NCBI GenBank assembly: GCA_029881795.1
Contig: JAOULX010000015.1
Span: 1,810-65,809 of the forward strand
Source: Gammaproteobacteria bacterium
GTDB taxonomy: Bacteria; Pseudomonadota; Gammaproteobacteria; SZUA-229
DNA: 64,000 nucleotides
Reading direction: 5' to 3'
Shown here one piece after another: positions 1 to 10,059 of the stretch. The position numbers were made by a program, and so were the translations under genes. The notes under the pieces are model-generated. The model had not been told where the DNA came from, searched no databases, and saw only the letters and a program-made list of their open reading frames with translations. Numbering within the stretch: position 1 is the first letter of the stretch; every line of letters begins with the position of its first letter.

Positions 1-528
1 ATAACCAAGCCAGCTCACTTCAGTCAGCACATCGAGATATACCGCCAGTTGCGATGGCAGCAGCAAGGAGAAACCGAGCATAAATGGCGCCAGCACCATC
101 ATCGCGACAAAGCCCACCAGTGACCTCAGCAGTCTGCGATTCGAGACCTGAAATATACGATTAACAACCGCAGAAAAATGCGCAAAAAACAGACCCGAGG
201 TAAACACCACATAGAGCAAGCCAACCCAGCCCATGTGGCTGGAGTTTTCGATAAAGCCATCAAATAATGCAATCACCTGCTGGCTCTGACCCGGTACCAC
301 AAAACCCATTAGTACCGTCTTCATCTGCTGATAATAACCAGTAAAGACCGGCATCGAGCTGATAACCGAAAATAAAATCCATAATATCGGGATGATTGCA
401 AACAAGGTATAAAAGCTGAGACTGGCTGCCAGAAACGTTAGGTCATCGCTTAGCGGTCGCAGCTCGGAAACGAATACCGAGATACGTTTGCTTTCATTTT
501 TTATATCCTGCCATAAGACCTTATTCAT
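1..528 (-). CDS. YihY/virulence factor BrkB family inner-membrane protein (runs off the window start)
   Basis: Not in the ORF track; translated by hand: MNKVLWQDIK...LTFLAASLSFYTLFAIIPILWILFSV...; the AASLSFYTLF motif and hydrophobic segments are typical of YihY/BrkB; frame open to position 1. Confidence 0.8.
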   Translation of the reverse strand, partial: MNKVLWQDIKNESKRISVFVSELRPLSDDLTFLAASLSFYTLFAIIPILWILFSVISSMPVFTGYYQQMKTVLMGFVVPGQSQQVIALFDGFIENSSHMGWVGLLYVVFTSGLFFAHFSAVVNRIFQVSNRRLLRSLVGFVAMMVLAPFMLGFSLLLPSQLAVYLDVLTEVSWLGY

Positions 529-608
529 CCGCTTAGGACCTTTTGTTTTTCTTTTATTATATAGTAACCACAACGATGGCTTATTTGCGTCAATATCACG
601 AGATCCGT

Positions 609-2678
609 ATGAACCTCAAATCCACCAACAATCATCTGCAGGACGAAACCAGCCCGTATTTACAGCAACATAAAGACAATCCGGTAGAATGGTACCCGTG
701 GGGAGAAACGGCATTAGAAAAAGCAAAAACTGAAAACAAACCCATTTTGCTTTCGATTGGCTATTCTGCCTGTCACTGGTGCCATGTCATGGCGCACGAA
801 TCATTCGAAGACCCGGCAACCGCGGCATTAATGAATCAACATTTTATCAATATTAAAGTCGACCGCGAGGAAAGACCAGATCTTGATAAAATTTACCAGA
901 CCACGCATAGCTTATTAACGCACCGCGCTGGTGGCTGGCCATTAACCGTTTTTCTAACACCAGACGAACAAATGCCGATATTTGCCGGCACCTATTTCCC
1001 AAATGAAGCCCGCCATGGCATGCCGGCCTTTACTGAAATCATACAGCGCATTTCACAGGCTTATAAAAATGATATTGGCCAGATTCAGCAACAAAACATC
1101 GCGATCAAAGACGCCTTTAAACAAATTACCGCTCAGAGCGAGAACAGCAGCGACAAACTTTCGGCAATGCCCATTGATATCGCAAAAAATGAGTTAAAGA
1201 AAAACTTTGATGCGGAGCATGGCGGGTTTGGCGCTGCGCCGAAGTTTCCCCACACCAGCCATATTGAGTTTGCTCTAAGACAGTGGTCACAGTCCCTGCG
1301 CCTGCAGCACGAAGATTTCGATATGCTCAATAGCGCCATTTTCAGCTTATCGAAAATGGCAGAAGGCGGCATTTTTGATCAGTTAGGCGGTGGCTTCAGC
1401 CGTTACTCGGTTGATAATAAATGGCAGATTCCGCATTTTGAGAAAATGCTTTATGACAACGGTGCATTACTGAGTCTGTATGCCAGCGCCTATTGCATCG
1501 TTGAAAAAACACTGTTTAGAGACACCGCGATAGACACCGCGGGCTGGGTTATGCGTGAAATGCAGGCTGACGGCGGCGCTTATTATTCCAGCCTCGATGC
1601 CGATTCTGACAATATTGAAGGCAAATTTTATCTGTGGGACCGCGATGAGATTCGCCAACACATTGAACACGATGACTATCTCTACTTTGCCGATTATTAT
1701 GGGCTGACTCTGCCCGCCAATTTTGAAGACAGATCGTGGAATTTATTTAAGGCGATGCCTCTTCAGAGTCTGGCTGACAAATACGCTATCGATATGCCAC
1801 TGTTAAAACAGCGCCTTAAGCACAATCGCCAGCATTTACTGCATATTCGTCATCAACGCACCGCTCCTGCAACCGATGATAAAATCCTGACATCATGGAA
1901 CGCGTTAATGATCCGTGGCATGTCTGTTGCCGGCAGGGTATTTCAGCAACCTGAACTCATTCAATCGGCTGAAAACGCTTTTAACTTTATCAACAATCAG
2001 TTGTGGGACGGAACACAATTATTTGCCAGCCACAAAGACGGCAAAAGCCACTTAAATGGTTATCTCGATGACTATGCTTTTTTACTCGATGCAGCGCTTG
2101 AGTTATTGCAGGCCGAATGGCAGTCATCAATACTGTATTTTGCAACGCAACTGGCCGATAAGTTATTAACTGAATTTGAGGATATGGAACACGGTGGATT
2201 TTATTTTACCGGCCACCATCACGAAAGCCTGATTCTGCGACAAAAAAACTATGCCGATGAAGCAATGCCATCCGGTAATGGAATAGCCGCCATGGCATTG
2301 TTCAAACTGGGACATTTAATAGGCAGCAACCGTTATATTAAATCTGCCGAACGCTGTTTAAAGGCAGCCTTCAACAGTGTTCAGCAGTCGCCAGTTGCCC
2401 ATACCACATTATTACAGGTACTGGATTTATACCTCGAAAATCGCTTACAGACTGTCATTATTCGCGGTGACAAGGCACAGGCCGAGAGCTGGCAGGCACA
2501 ACTTAATCTCCGCTATCAGCCTGAACTACAGTCATTTTATATCCCCGATGACAGCCCTGTGCCGCAGCCACTGGCAGCAAAAACCAGCCAGCAACAGGTC
2601 TGTGCCTATCTGTGTCAGGGCAGCAGTTGTCAGGCCCCGCTGTTCTCTCTGCCGGAGCTACTCAGTCAGTTATCATGA
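609..2678 (+). CDS. Thioredoxin-domain protein, YyaL/SPATA20 (DUF255) family
   Basis: N(H)[40 protein letters not shown] and DDKILTSWN motifs; ATG 609 preferred over the upstream ORF start at 543. Confidence 0.93.
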   Translation: MNLKSTNNHLQDETSPYLQQHKDNPVEWYPWGETALEKAKTENKPILLSIGYSACHWCHVMAHESFEDPATAALMNQHFINIKVDREERPDLDKIYQTTHSLLTHRAGGWPLTVFLTPDEQMPIFAGTYFPNEARHGMPAFTEIIQRISQAYKNDIGQIQQQNIAIKDAFKQITAQSENSSDKLSAMPIDIAKNELKKNFDAEHGGFGAAPKFPHTSHIEFALRQWSQSLRLQHEDFDMLNSAIFSLSKMAEGGIFDQLGGGFSRYSVDNKWQIPHFEKMLYDNGALLSLYASAYCIVEKTLFRDTAIDTAGWVMREMQADGGAYYSSLDADSDNIEGKFYLWDRDEIRQHIEHDDYLYFADYYGLTLPANFEDRSWNLFKAMPLQSLADKYAIDMPLLKQRLKHNRQHLLHIRHQRTAPATDDKILTSWNALMIRGMSVAGRVFQQPELIQSAENAFNFINNQLWDGTQLFASHKDGKSHLNGYLDDYAFLLDAALELLQAEWQSSILYFATQLADKLLTEFEDMEHGGFYFTGHHHESLILRQKNYADEAMPSGNGIAAMALFKLGHLIGSNRYIKSAERCLKAAFNSVQQSPVAHTTLLQVLDLYLENRLQTVIIRGDKAQAESWQAQLNLRYQPELQSFYIPDDSPVPQPLAAKTSQQQVCAYLCQGSSCQAPLFSLPELLSQLS

Positions 2679-3064
2679 AAAATGCCTATAAAGATTGCCG
2701 ACCTTACCGGACCAAAGACAACTCCGAAATACGTGAACTGTTACACCCGGCCAATAACAGCTCGCTAAAAAACCAGAGTTTGGCAGAAGCTCGGGTGGCC
2801 ACAGGCGAAAAGACGCGCTGTCATTTTCACAAGCAAAGCGAAGAAATTTATTTTATTTTAAAAGGAAAAGGCAGGATGTTTATCGACAATACGTCGTTTG
2901 ATGTCACTGCAGGGGACAGCATCTTAATAGCTCCCAGCGCCCTTCACTGTATCGAAAACAGCGGCTCTTGTACGCTGGTTTTCCTGTGCTGCTGCGCTCC
3001 CGCCTACCAGCATGACGACACCTATTTTATCAATGATAAAAAACAGCCAGGCAGCGCACTATGA
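2675..3064 (+). CDS. Cupin domain protein
   Basis: [15 protein letters not shown]...GDSILIAP...HCIEN cupin motifs; ATG overlaps the upstream TGA (ATGA). Confidence 0.88.
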   Translation: MKNAYKDCRPYRTKDNSEIRELLHPANNSSLKNQSLAEARVATGEKTRCHFHKQSEEIYFILKGKGRMFIDNTSFDVTAGDSILIAPSALHCIENSGSCTLVFLCCCAPAYQHDDTYFINDKKQPGSAL

Positions 3065-3073
3065 TGATTTAGA

Positions 3074-4186
3074 TTATTGCTCTGCTGCCTGCTCCGGCTC
3101 GACATACTTATCTTTCACTTCAATAATCAGATCCAGATTTTCTATAAAATATTCCACCAGCACAGGATCAAAGTGGGCGCCCGATCCTTCTTTAATCAGT
3201 GCCACTGCATCGTCAACTGTCCAGGCTTTTTTATAAGGCCGCTCTGAGGTCAGCGCATCAAACACATCCGCCAGTGCTGAAATACGTCCCACCAGTGGAA
3301 TGGCCTCACCTTTAAGGCCGTCAGGATAGCCGCTGCCATCCCACTTTTCATGGTGTGTCAGCGCAATTTCTCTGGCCATGGCCATCATCGGTGAGTCATC
3401 TCCCGACAAGATATCTGCACCTATTCTGGCGTGCGTCTTCATAATCTCCCATTCTTCCGGTTCAAACTTTCCGGGCTTTAACAGAATCTGATCGGGCACA
3501 CCGATTTTACCGATATCATGCATCGGGCTGGCATTTAATAACAAGTCCAAATCATCTTCAGACATTCCTGCTGCACGGCCTAGTATCACCGAGATATAAC
3601 TCATACGAATAATATGTAAACCGGTCTCATTATCTCTGTATTCTGCCGCACGCCCTAGACGTCTGACCACCTGTAACCGGCTTTCATGTAATTGCTGATG
3701 CGCCTCAACTAACTCTCGGGTACGTTCCTGAACAATTTCTTCCAGCTGTTTATTTTGCTGTCTCAGCAGCGACTGTGCCTGCCGTATCTCCATCTGGTTT
3801 CTGACTCGGGCCAGCAGCTCATTCACTACAAAAGGCTTGGTGACAAAATCACGAGCCCCCAAGTCCAGTGCTTTTTGGCGATATTCCTGCGCTTGTTGCG
3901 CCGTCAGAACCAGTACCGGCGGTAAAAACTCATCTTGCAGCGCCATCAGCGCTGCAATCAGCTCAAAACCGTCCATTACCGGCATGTTTAAATCAATTAA
4001 AAATAAATCAGCGCCGCTTTGTTTATAGATTTCGACCACGGTTGTCGGGTCTTCAATTAAAGTCACCCGGTTATATCCGCCGACCTCCAGTACCCGCTCG
4101 ACCAGCTTCAGATTGGGCGCCTCATCATCAACCACAATAATATGGCCGGCTTTTAGATCTTCATTAATTAATAATTCTTGATTCAC
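3074..4186 (-). CDS. Response regulator with HD-GYP c-di-GMP phosphodiesterase domain (RpfG-like)
   Basis: REC (VVDDE, LIDLNMP, TKPF) followed by MHDIGK and HHEKWDGSGYP. Confidence 0.95.
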   Translation of the reverse strand: MNQELLINEDLKAGHIIVVDDEAPNLKLVERVLEVGGYNRVTLIEDPTTVVEIYKQSGADLFLIDLNMPVMDGFELIAALMALQDEFLPPVLVLTAQQAQEYRQKALDLGARDFVTKPFVVNELLARVRNQMEIRQAQSLLRQQNKQLEEIVQERTRELVEAHQQLHESRLQVVRRLGRAAEYRDNETGLHIIRMSYISVILGRAAGMSEDDLDLLLNASPMHDIGKIGVPDQILLKPGKFEPEEWEIMKTHARIGADILSGDDSPMMAMAREIALTHHEKWDGSGYPDGLKGEAIPLVGRISALADVFDALTSERPYKKAWTVDDAVALIKEGSGAHFDPVLVEYFIENLDLIIEVKDKYVEPEQAAEQ

Positions 4187-4228
4187 TGCTTAGTCCATCT
4201 TGGTCGTCATTATTAAAATGCAACGTCT

Positions 4229-7200
4229 TTATATTTTTAATAACTGTCGTACTGAGTCTAGCAACAATTTGACATTTATGGGCTTGGTTATGTATTCATT
4301 GAAGCCCGCTTTGATACCTTTTTCTCTATCGGCCGGCAAGGAATTGGCGGTGATGGCGATCACCGGGTAATCTTTTCCGAACATTTTGTGAATTTCTTCT
4401 AACACGCTGAAACCGCTCATTCCGGGCAAGTTGATATCCAGTAGCACAAGATCCGGTTTACGCTTTGCCAGAAGATCTAATCCCAGTAACGGCTCCATTG
4501 CGGTTGATAGATGCAGATTCTTTTGCCGCGAGAAAACTTGCGCCATTAAACGAATGTTTGCCGGATTATCTTCGATATACAGAATATTATAATGACCGTC
4601 TTTATTTTCCAGTGTGTCATCAGTCTTATCAGTTTCTCTGATTGATTCAATATAATCCTCATTAAGCGTATTTAACTCAACCGTAAACGTTGTACCTTCA
4701 CCAAGCTGACTACGACAACTGATTCCGCCGCCCATCATCTCGATCAGATTTTTGGTAATCACAAGTCCAATTCCGGTACCTTCGACTTCCGAGTCTTCAA
4801 AACCAAAGCGAGTAAATGGCTTAAATAAATCCTTCAAATGCTCTTCAGATAACCCCTTACCGGTATCGCTAATTTCAAGGCGACAGCTTTCATCGGAAAC
4901 CAGATCATAACTAATTGTAATACTCCCTTTCAGGGAATTATATTTTACCGCATTGCTCAGTAAATTTAGTATCACCTGCTTTAATCGCCGCTTATCTGCT
5001 AGGATAACAAAGTCCATCACCGCGCTGCCCATATCATGCAGCAACTTACCCGCCTCATAGACAACAATATCAATTTCATTTTCTTCGGCCAGCGGCGAGA
5101 TCATCTGGATGCACTCATCAATAATTTCCGCTAGCAATACCTGCTCGATGAGTACCTGAGTCTGACCGGCTTCGATTTTAGATAAGTCCAGCACCTCATT
5201 AATTAATTCTAATAAATGCCGAGCCGCTCTTAAGAGCTCAGCGATATTATCTTTTTGCATGTCATCCTGGCTTAATGACAACTCCATTTGCAATAACTGG
5301 CCAAAGCCAATAATTGCATTCAACGGCGTTCTTAATTCATGACTCATGCTCGCTAAAAAGCGTGTCTTGGCCTTGTTGGCCTTTTCTGCCTGTTCTTTGG
5401 CATTGATCAGTTCAGCTTCAACCCGTTTACGTTCAGTAATATCTTTAAACGTAATAACAGTACCACTGACCTCACTACCATGCCGTATTGGCATACCCGC
5501 ATATTCAACGGCAATGACATCACCATCGACACATTTGAAATCTGTTTCAGTCAGCCTGTTTTCTTCAGTCAGCAGAAAATCATTATCGGCCTTAAACTCA
5601 GCGGCGACTGGCAGAATCAGATCCGATACCCGCTGTCCTAATACCTCTTGCTGGTCGTATCCCAGAATCGCGCAGGCCGCCTGATTGACGAAAGTTGCCC
5701 GCCCCTGTTGATCAAGTCCAAACATGCCTTCACTCATCGAATCCAGTTGCGAACGCATCAGCTGTTCTGAATAACTCAGTTGCTCCATGATGCTTTTACG
5801 CAAGGTAATATCCCTCACCACACCTAACATATGAAGCGCTTTTCCCTGGCTGTTTTTAATCACAGTTCCACTTTCATGTAGCCAATGTACGGAGCCATCA
5901 GGCCATATTACGCGGTGCTCTAAATCATATCCTGTAGCATCGTCAATACATGCCCTGATCGATTCTTCGACATAGTCTTTATCATCTGGATGTATGGCTT
6001 TATCAAAGGCTTCATATGTGTATTCAACAGCGCCGTCTTTATAACCAAATAAAGATGCCGCTATTTCAGACCATAACACGGTATCTGTCTCAAGGTTCCA
6101 GTCCCAGGTTCCGATTCCGGCAACTTTCTGGCTCAGCGATAAACGCTGTTCGTTGATTCTTATCCGCGTAATATCTGTTCTCACCGATACATACTGATAT
6201 GGTAAACCCTGCTCATCCATAAAAGGAACAATGGTTGAGTCAACCCAGTATTCTTCTCCTTGCTTATTATGGTTACAAATCACTCCGTGCCAGATATTAC
6301 CGCCAGAGATAACATGCCAGATATCGTCGTAAAAACTTTGCGGGTGCATGCCGGACTTCAATAACCGGTGATTTTGTCCAATCAGTTCGTGCTCTAAGTA
6401 GCCACTGATTTCACAGAATTTATCATTGATATAAATAATATCTCCGTTTACATCGGTGATACTGACGATTGCATGCTGATCAATCGTCAGTCGCTGTTGC
6501 TCTCCCAGTAAGTGGGCTTTATTAAGCGCCTGATGCAGTTTATTTGAATGCCTTGCGTATTTAAGGCGGGAGCCAATAGCTGCCATAAAATGCTCAGGCA
6601 CCACCGGTTTTACAATAAAAAACTCGCCACCAAACTTTAACGCCTCCTGTTGACGCTCGGCATTGGACTCTGATGAAAGGAAAATAATCGGCACGTAGGT
6701 ATATTTATCAATCTGCCTAATCACCTGCGACAGTTCAACGCCATTGATCTCTGGCATTTCAACATCCAGCAGCACCAGATCCGGCTTAAACGCATCCATC
6801 ACATCAAGACATTGCATCGGCTCACTTAAACGCCTGACTTCGATACCCTGCTGCTCCAGCAATATCGAGTGGTACTCCATCGTCACGGTATCATCATCGA
6901 CGACCAGAACCCGATAGGAGTCCGCATTAACTGATTGAATCATGTCCGCTATCGACGCAAGCAATGCAGAACGATCCAGCGGTTTGCTCAGACACTGCGA
7001 GCAGCCTTGCCTGATAGCCAACAAACGTTGCTTAATATCAGTATGCGTAGACACGCCGATTATTGCCAGTCCTTCTGTACTCAGCGCAGACAGAGACAGC
7101 TGATTGCTTTGAATAAAATCGTAATCGACGATCAGGACATCAGGCCTGCTGTTTTGTATACCCTGCTTCAGAGACTCAATAGTTTCAAACCCAGAGAATT

Positions 7201-7297
7201 GATAGGGTTGCCCCTGCAACAGAGAAGCAATATCAGCCGCCTCGTTAGCATCCAAAGCATAGATACTAGGCATTTTATTTAATGGAAGATTAACCAT
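4229..7297 (-). CDS. Cytoplasmic hybrid histidine kinase, REC-REC-PAS-PAS-PAS-HisKA-HATPase-REC
   Basis: SHELRTPLN H-box, NLLSNAVKYN, DTGKG, GTGIGL; three PAS/PAC repeats ending TDIT/RDIT/KDIT; receivers at both ends; no TM segment seen. Confidence 0.92.
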   Translation of the reverse strand: MVNLPLNKMPSIYALDANEAADIASLLQGQPYQFSGFETIESLKQGIQNSRPDVLIVDYDFIQSNQLSLSALSTEGLAIIGVSTHTDIKQRLLAIRQGCSQCLSKPLDRSALLASIADMIQSVNADSYRVLVVDDDTVTMEYHSILLEQQGIEVRRLSEPMQCLDVMDAFKPDLVLLDVEMPEINGVELSQVIRQIDKYTYVPIIFLSSESNAERQQEALKFGGEFFIVKPVVPEHFMAAIGSRLKYARHSNKLHQALNKAHLLGEQQRLTIDQHAIVSITDVNGDIIYINDKFCEISGYLEHELIGQNHRLLKSGMHPQSFYDDIWHVISGGNIWHGVICNHNKQGEEYWVDSTIVPFMDEQGLPYQYVSVRTDITRIRINEQRLSLSQKVAGIGTWDWNLETDTVLWSEIAASLFGYKDGAVEYTYEAFDKAIHPDDKDYVEESIRACIDDATGYDLEHRVIWPDGSVHWLHESGTVIKNSQGKALHMLGVVRDITLRKSIMEQLSYSEQLMRSQLDSMSEGMFGLDQQGRATFVNQAACAILGYDQQEVLGQRVSDLILPVAAEFKADNDFLLTEENRLTETDFKCVDGDVIAVEYAGMPIRHGSEVSGTVITFKDITERKRVEAELINAKEQAEKANKAKTRFLASMSHELRTPLNAIIGFGQLLQMELSLSQDDMQKDNIAELLRAARHLLELINEVLDLSKIEAGQTQVLIEQVLLAEIIDECIQMISPLAEENEIDIVVYEAGKLLHDMGSAVMDFVILADKRRLKQVILNLLSNAVKYNSLKGSITISYDLVSDESCRLEISDTGKGLSEEHLKDLFKPFTRFGFEDSEVEGTGIGLVITKNLIEMMGGGISCRSQLGEGTTFTVELNTLNEDYIESIRETDKTDDTLENKDGHYNILYIEDNPANIRLMAQVFSRQKNLHLSTAMEPLLGLDLLAKRKPDLVLLDINLPGMSGFSVLEEIHKMFGKDYPVIAITANSLPADREKGIKAGFNEYITKPINVKLLLDSVRQLLKI

Positions 7298-7494
7298 ATT
7301 TACAAATCAATTTAAGCATACCAATTAAAAAAGAAGGCAGAAGCACTGTTTATTAAACTTTAATAGTAGGATAGCAGATAAATGTGAGTATTTACCGTAA
7401 AACAAAATTCACAAAATTACTACAATGTACAAATTCATCAGCTATATTTAGATTACTAGTGACTCACCAATAAATAAAATGACACTGCTCTGAT

Positions 7495-8154
7495 ATGCAC
7501 CATATTTTAATATTAAATACCAAAGGCGGCTGCGGAAAGACCACAATTTCCGTCAACATTGCCAGCTTCTTTGCCTGCTGGGGAGTACCGGTTGCGTTAG
7601 CCGATTATGACAAACAGCACTCCAGCACAGACTGGCTGCGTTTGCGCCCAAAAGACAAACCCAGAATAATTTCCGTTGCCGCCTGGCAAGAAGATTATCA
7701 CATACCCGATGAAGCCGATTATGTGATAATGGATACACCCGCAGGCATGGATTCTGAAAATATGCTGTCCTTGCTTAAACAGGCCGATACCATTTTGATT
7801 CCTATCCTGCCCTCACCTCTGGATATTCGTGCAGCAGGGCGTTTAATACATGACATCATGCAAGACTATAACAAACTGCCGAACAAACCCAGAATCGGTA
7901 TTATTGCCAACCGAGTTCGCAGACAAACAAAAATTTATGATTCTCTGAAACGATTTATTCAAAAACTTGATATCGACTTCATTGCTTCATTACGCGACAC
8001 CCAGAATTATATAACCACTACCGATGTTGGCATCAGTTTATTTGAACTACCTAACTGGCAAAAAAAGAAAGACCTGACAGGCTGGTGCCAGCTCATAAAC
8101 TGGATCAATCACAACCAAATATTTGAAGCTCCAACCCTGGAAGACACCGCTTAA
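7495..8154 (+). CDS. Short ParA/MinD-family ATPase (orphan)
   Basis: Deviant Walker A KGGCGKTT, DYDKQ, MDTPAG; no parB adjacent. Confidence 0.9.
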   Translation: MHHILILNTKGGCGKTTISVNIASFFACWGVPVALADYDKQHSSTDWLRLRPKDKPRIISVAAWQEDYHIPDEADYVIMDTPAGMDSENMLSLLKQADTILIPILPSPLDIRAAGRLIHDIMQDYNKLPNKPRIGIIANRVRRQTKIYDSLKRFIQKLDIDFIASLRDTQNYITTTDVGISLFELPNWQKKKDLTGWCQLINWINHNQIFEAPTLEDTA

Positions 8155-8166
8155 AAACCCAGACCA

Positions 8167-8661
8167 TCAAAGCCACTTTTGCTGTCTAACATCAAGCCCC
8201 TGAACCTTAATCACACCCTCGAATAAATCCAGCGTAATTCTGCGTGAAACACTACCACCCAATGCTTCATGAGATATTTTAAACCCATGTTTAGCAAGCA
8301 ACTGATATGCTAGCCTTAAGTTTTGTTTTCCTATACTTTTTTCATCCGTTGGCACTACCTCGCCAAACATATCGCCAGCACCATAAACACCGACTGCCAT
8401 TTGCTCTGGCGTCAAACCAAAATCACTCAGACTTTCCATGAACATTTGAATCGCTTCTTCACCATAACTGCCATCTAATTGTGCTTGCGGTTGTATTTGT
8501 GTGCCACCAGGCCGGTGCGGTAATTTATAATGACACATGCCCCCGACTTTACTGTTGCTATCCCACATCGTGATAGCAACGCAGGACCCCAGTAATGTTT
8601 TTATATAACGGTGTTCATTACCAAAATAAAACTCTCCTGGCAGTAAGACAATTTCAGGCAT
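8167..8661 (-). CDS. cheD: Chemoreceptor glutamine deamidase CheD
   Basis: TLLGSCVAIT, GGMCHYKLP, IGKQN motifs; che operon context. Confidence 0.92.
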   Translation of the reverse strand: MPEIVLLPGEFYFGNEHRYIKTLLGSCVAITMWDSNSKVGGMCHYKLPHRPGGTQIQPQAQLDGSYGEEAIQMFMESLSDFGLTPEQMAVGVYGAGDMFGEVVPTDEKSIGKQNLRLAYQLLAKHGFKISHEALGGSVSRRITLDLFEGVIKVQGLDVRQQKWL

Positions 8662-8667
8662 AACAAC

Positions 8668-9474
8668 TCATTTCTCAAGCCTGTAAACAGACGGTTTAAC
8701 CATGACAAGTTTCTTTGTTACAGTGTTTAATGTTTCAGAATGACCAATGATCAGATACCCCCCAGGATACAGCCGCGTGATAAGCTGATCGATCAGTTTA
8801 ACTTTTGTATCATGATCAAAATAGATCATAACATTTCTCAACATTATCAGGTCAAACTTATCCACATCTGGCATATTGCCATTTAAGTTCATGTGCTTGA
8901 ATTTAATCTGGCTAAGCAGTTTTTTATCAATCAGCATCACACCTTTTTGTGAGCGAACACCTTTTAAACAATATTTAAGCAGCAAATCCCGAGGAATTTT
9001 ATCGGCCTCCTGCAGTGAATAAGTTGCTAACTGAGCCGTTTGTAACATCCGCGAACTGATGTCCGTAGCCAACATTTCCCAGCGACCCGAACCCAGCTTG
9101 TTGTCCAGCACCATAGCCAGAGAATATGGCTCAGCCCCGTTTGAGCAGGCCGCACTCCAGCAGCGAAAACGGCTACCCCTGAATGAGCGTAGAATATCAT
9201 CCTCTAAATACTCAAAATGTTTAGGCTCTCTGAAAAAATACGTTTCATTGGTTGTTAACAAATCAATTAACAGTTGTTTTTCAGTGGAGTACTCGGGCTT
9301 ATGAACCAGATCGAAATAGTCGTTAAAACGACTAAAACCATAATGTCGCAATCGTTTAGTCAAGCGGTTATTAACCAGTTGTTTTTTAGAATCAGCCATA
9401 CTAATACCGGCCTGATCAAATATAAAACTCTGGAATTTCTTAAACTCTTTATCTGTTATGTCAAACGCTTTCAT
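8668..9474 (-). CDS. cheR: Chemotaxis methyltransferase CheR
   Basis: LTTNETYFFRE, WSAACSNGAEPYS, ATDIS, RNVMIYFD, GHSE. Confidence 0.96.
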   Translation of the reverse strand: MKAFDITDKEFKKFQSFIFDQAGISMADSKKQLVNNRLTKRLRHYGFSRFNDYFDLVHKPEYSTEKQLLIDLLTTNETYFFREPKHFEYLEDDILRSFRGSRFRCWSAACSNGAEPYSLAMVLDNKLGSGRWEMLATDISSRMLQTAQLATYSLQEADKIPRDLLLKYCLKGVRSQKGVMLIDKKLLSQIKFKHMNLNGNMPDVDKFDLIMLRNVMIYFDHDTKVKLIDQLITRLYPGGYLIIGHSETLNTVTKKLVMVKPSVYRLEK

Positions 9475-9511
9475 CAAAGCACCGAGGAGAGCAATAAAGC
9501 ATCATAATTCA

Positions 9512-10039
9512 CTAGTCTGCTTCTGCAGCCGCCACGTCATTTATAACAGATAACTCTTCTATAGAAAGCACATGATCAATATTTAATAGCACCACAAATT
9601 TTTCAGCTACTTTACCCATTCCTTGAATAAAGTCTGTTCGGATTTTTGCACCGAAGTTTGGCGCGGCCTCAATATTCTCAGGCACTATATCGATCACTTC
9701 ATTAACCGCATCAACCACTATACCAATTTCAATACTTTCTTCTTCATGCACTATCTCAATAATGACAACACATGTTCTTTTACCAACCTCAGTAGTTTTT
9801 TTACCAAGGCGCAATGACAAATCAACCACTGGAACCACGCTGCCCCGCAAGTTAATTACCCCGCGAATAAAATCCGGCATCATCGGCACCGTCGTCGGCT
9901 CATGGTATTCGAGAATTTCTTTAATCACCAGGATACTGACGCCGTAATTTTCCCCACCCAATACAAAAGTAAGGTACTGATTGGCATCGCCTGCTGCACT
10001 GTCATCGTGAGATGTTTCCACTGTCGTAATATCTTTCAT
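9512..10039 (-). CDS. cheW: Chemotaxis coupling protein CheW
   Basis: QYLTF, GVINLRGSVVPVVDL, GIVVDAVNEV. Confidence 0.96.
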   Translation of the reverse strand: MKDITTVETSHDDSAAGDANQYLTFVLGGENYGVSILVIKEILEYHEPTTVPMMPDFIRGVINLRGSVVPVVDLSLRLGKKTTEVGKRTCVVIIEIVHEEESIEIGIVVDAVNEVIDIVPENIEAAPNFGAKIRTDFIQGMGKVAEKFVVLLNIDHVLSIEELSVINDVAAAEAD

Positions 10040-10059
10040 AACTTTATCCGCCCTATTGA

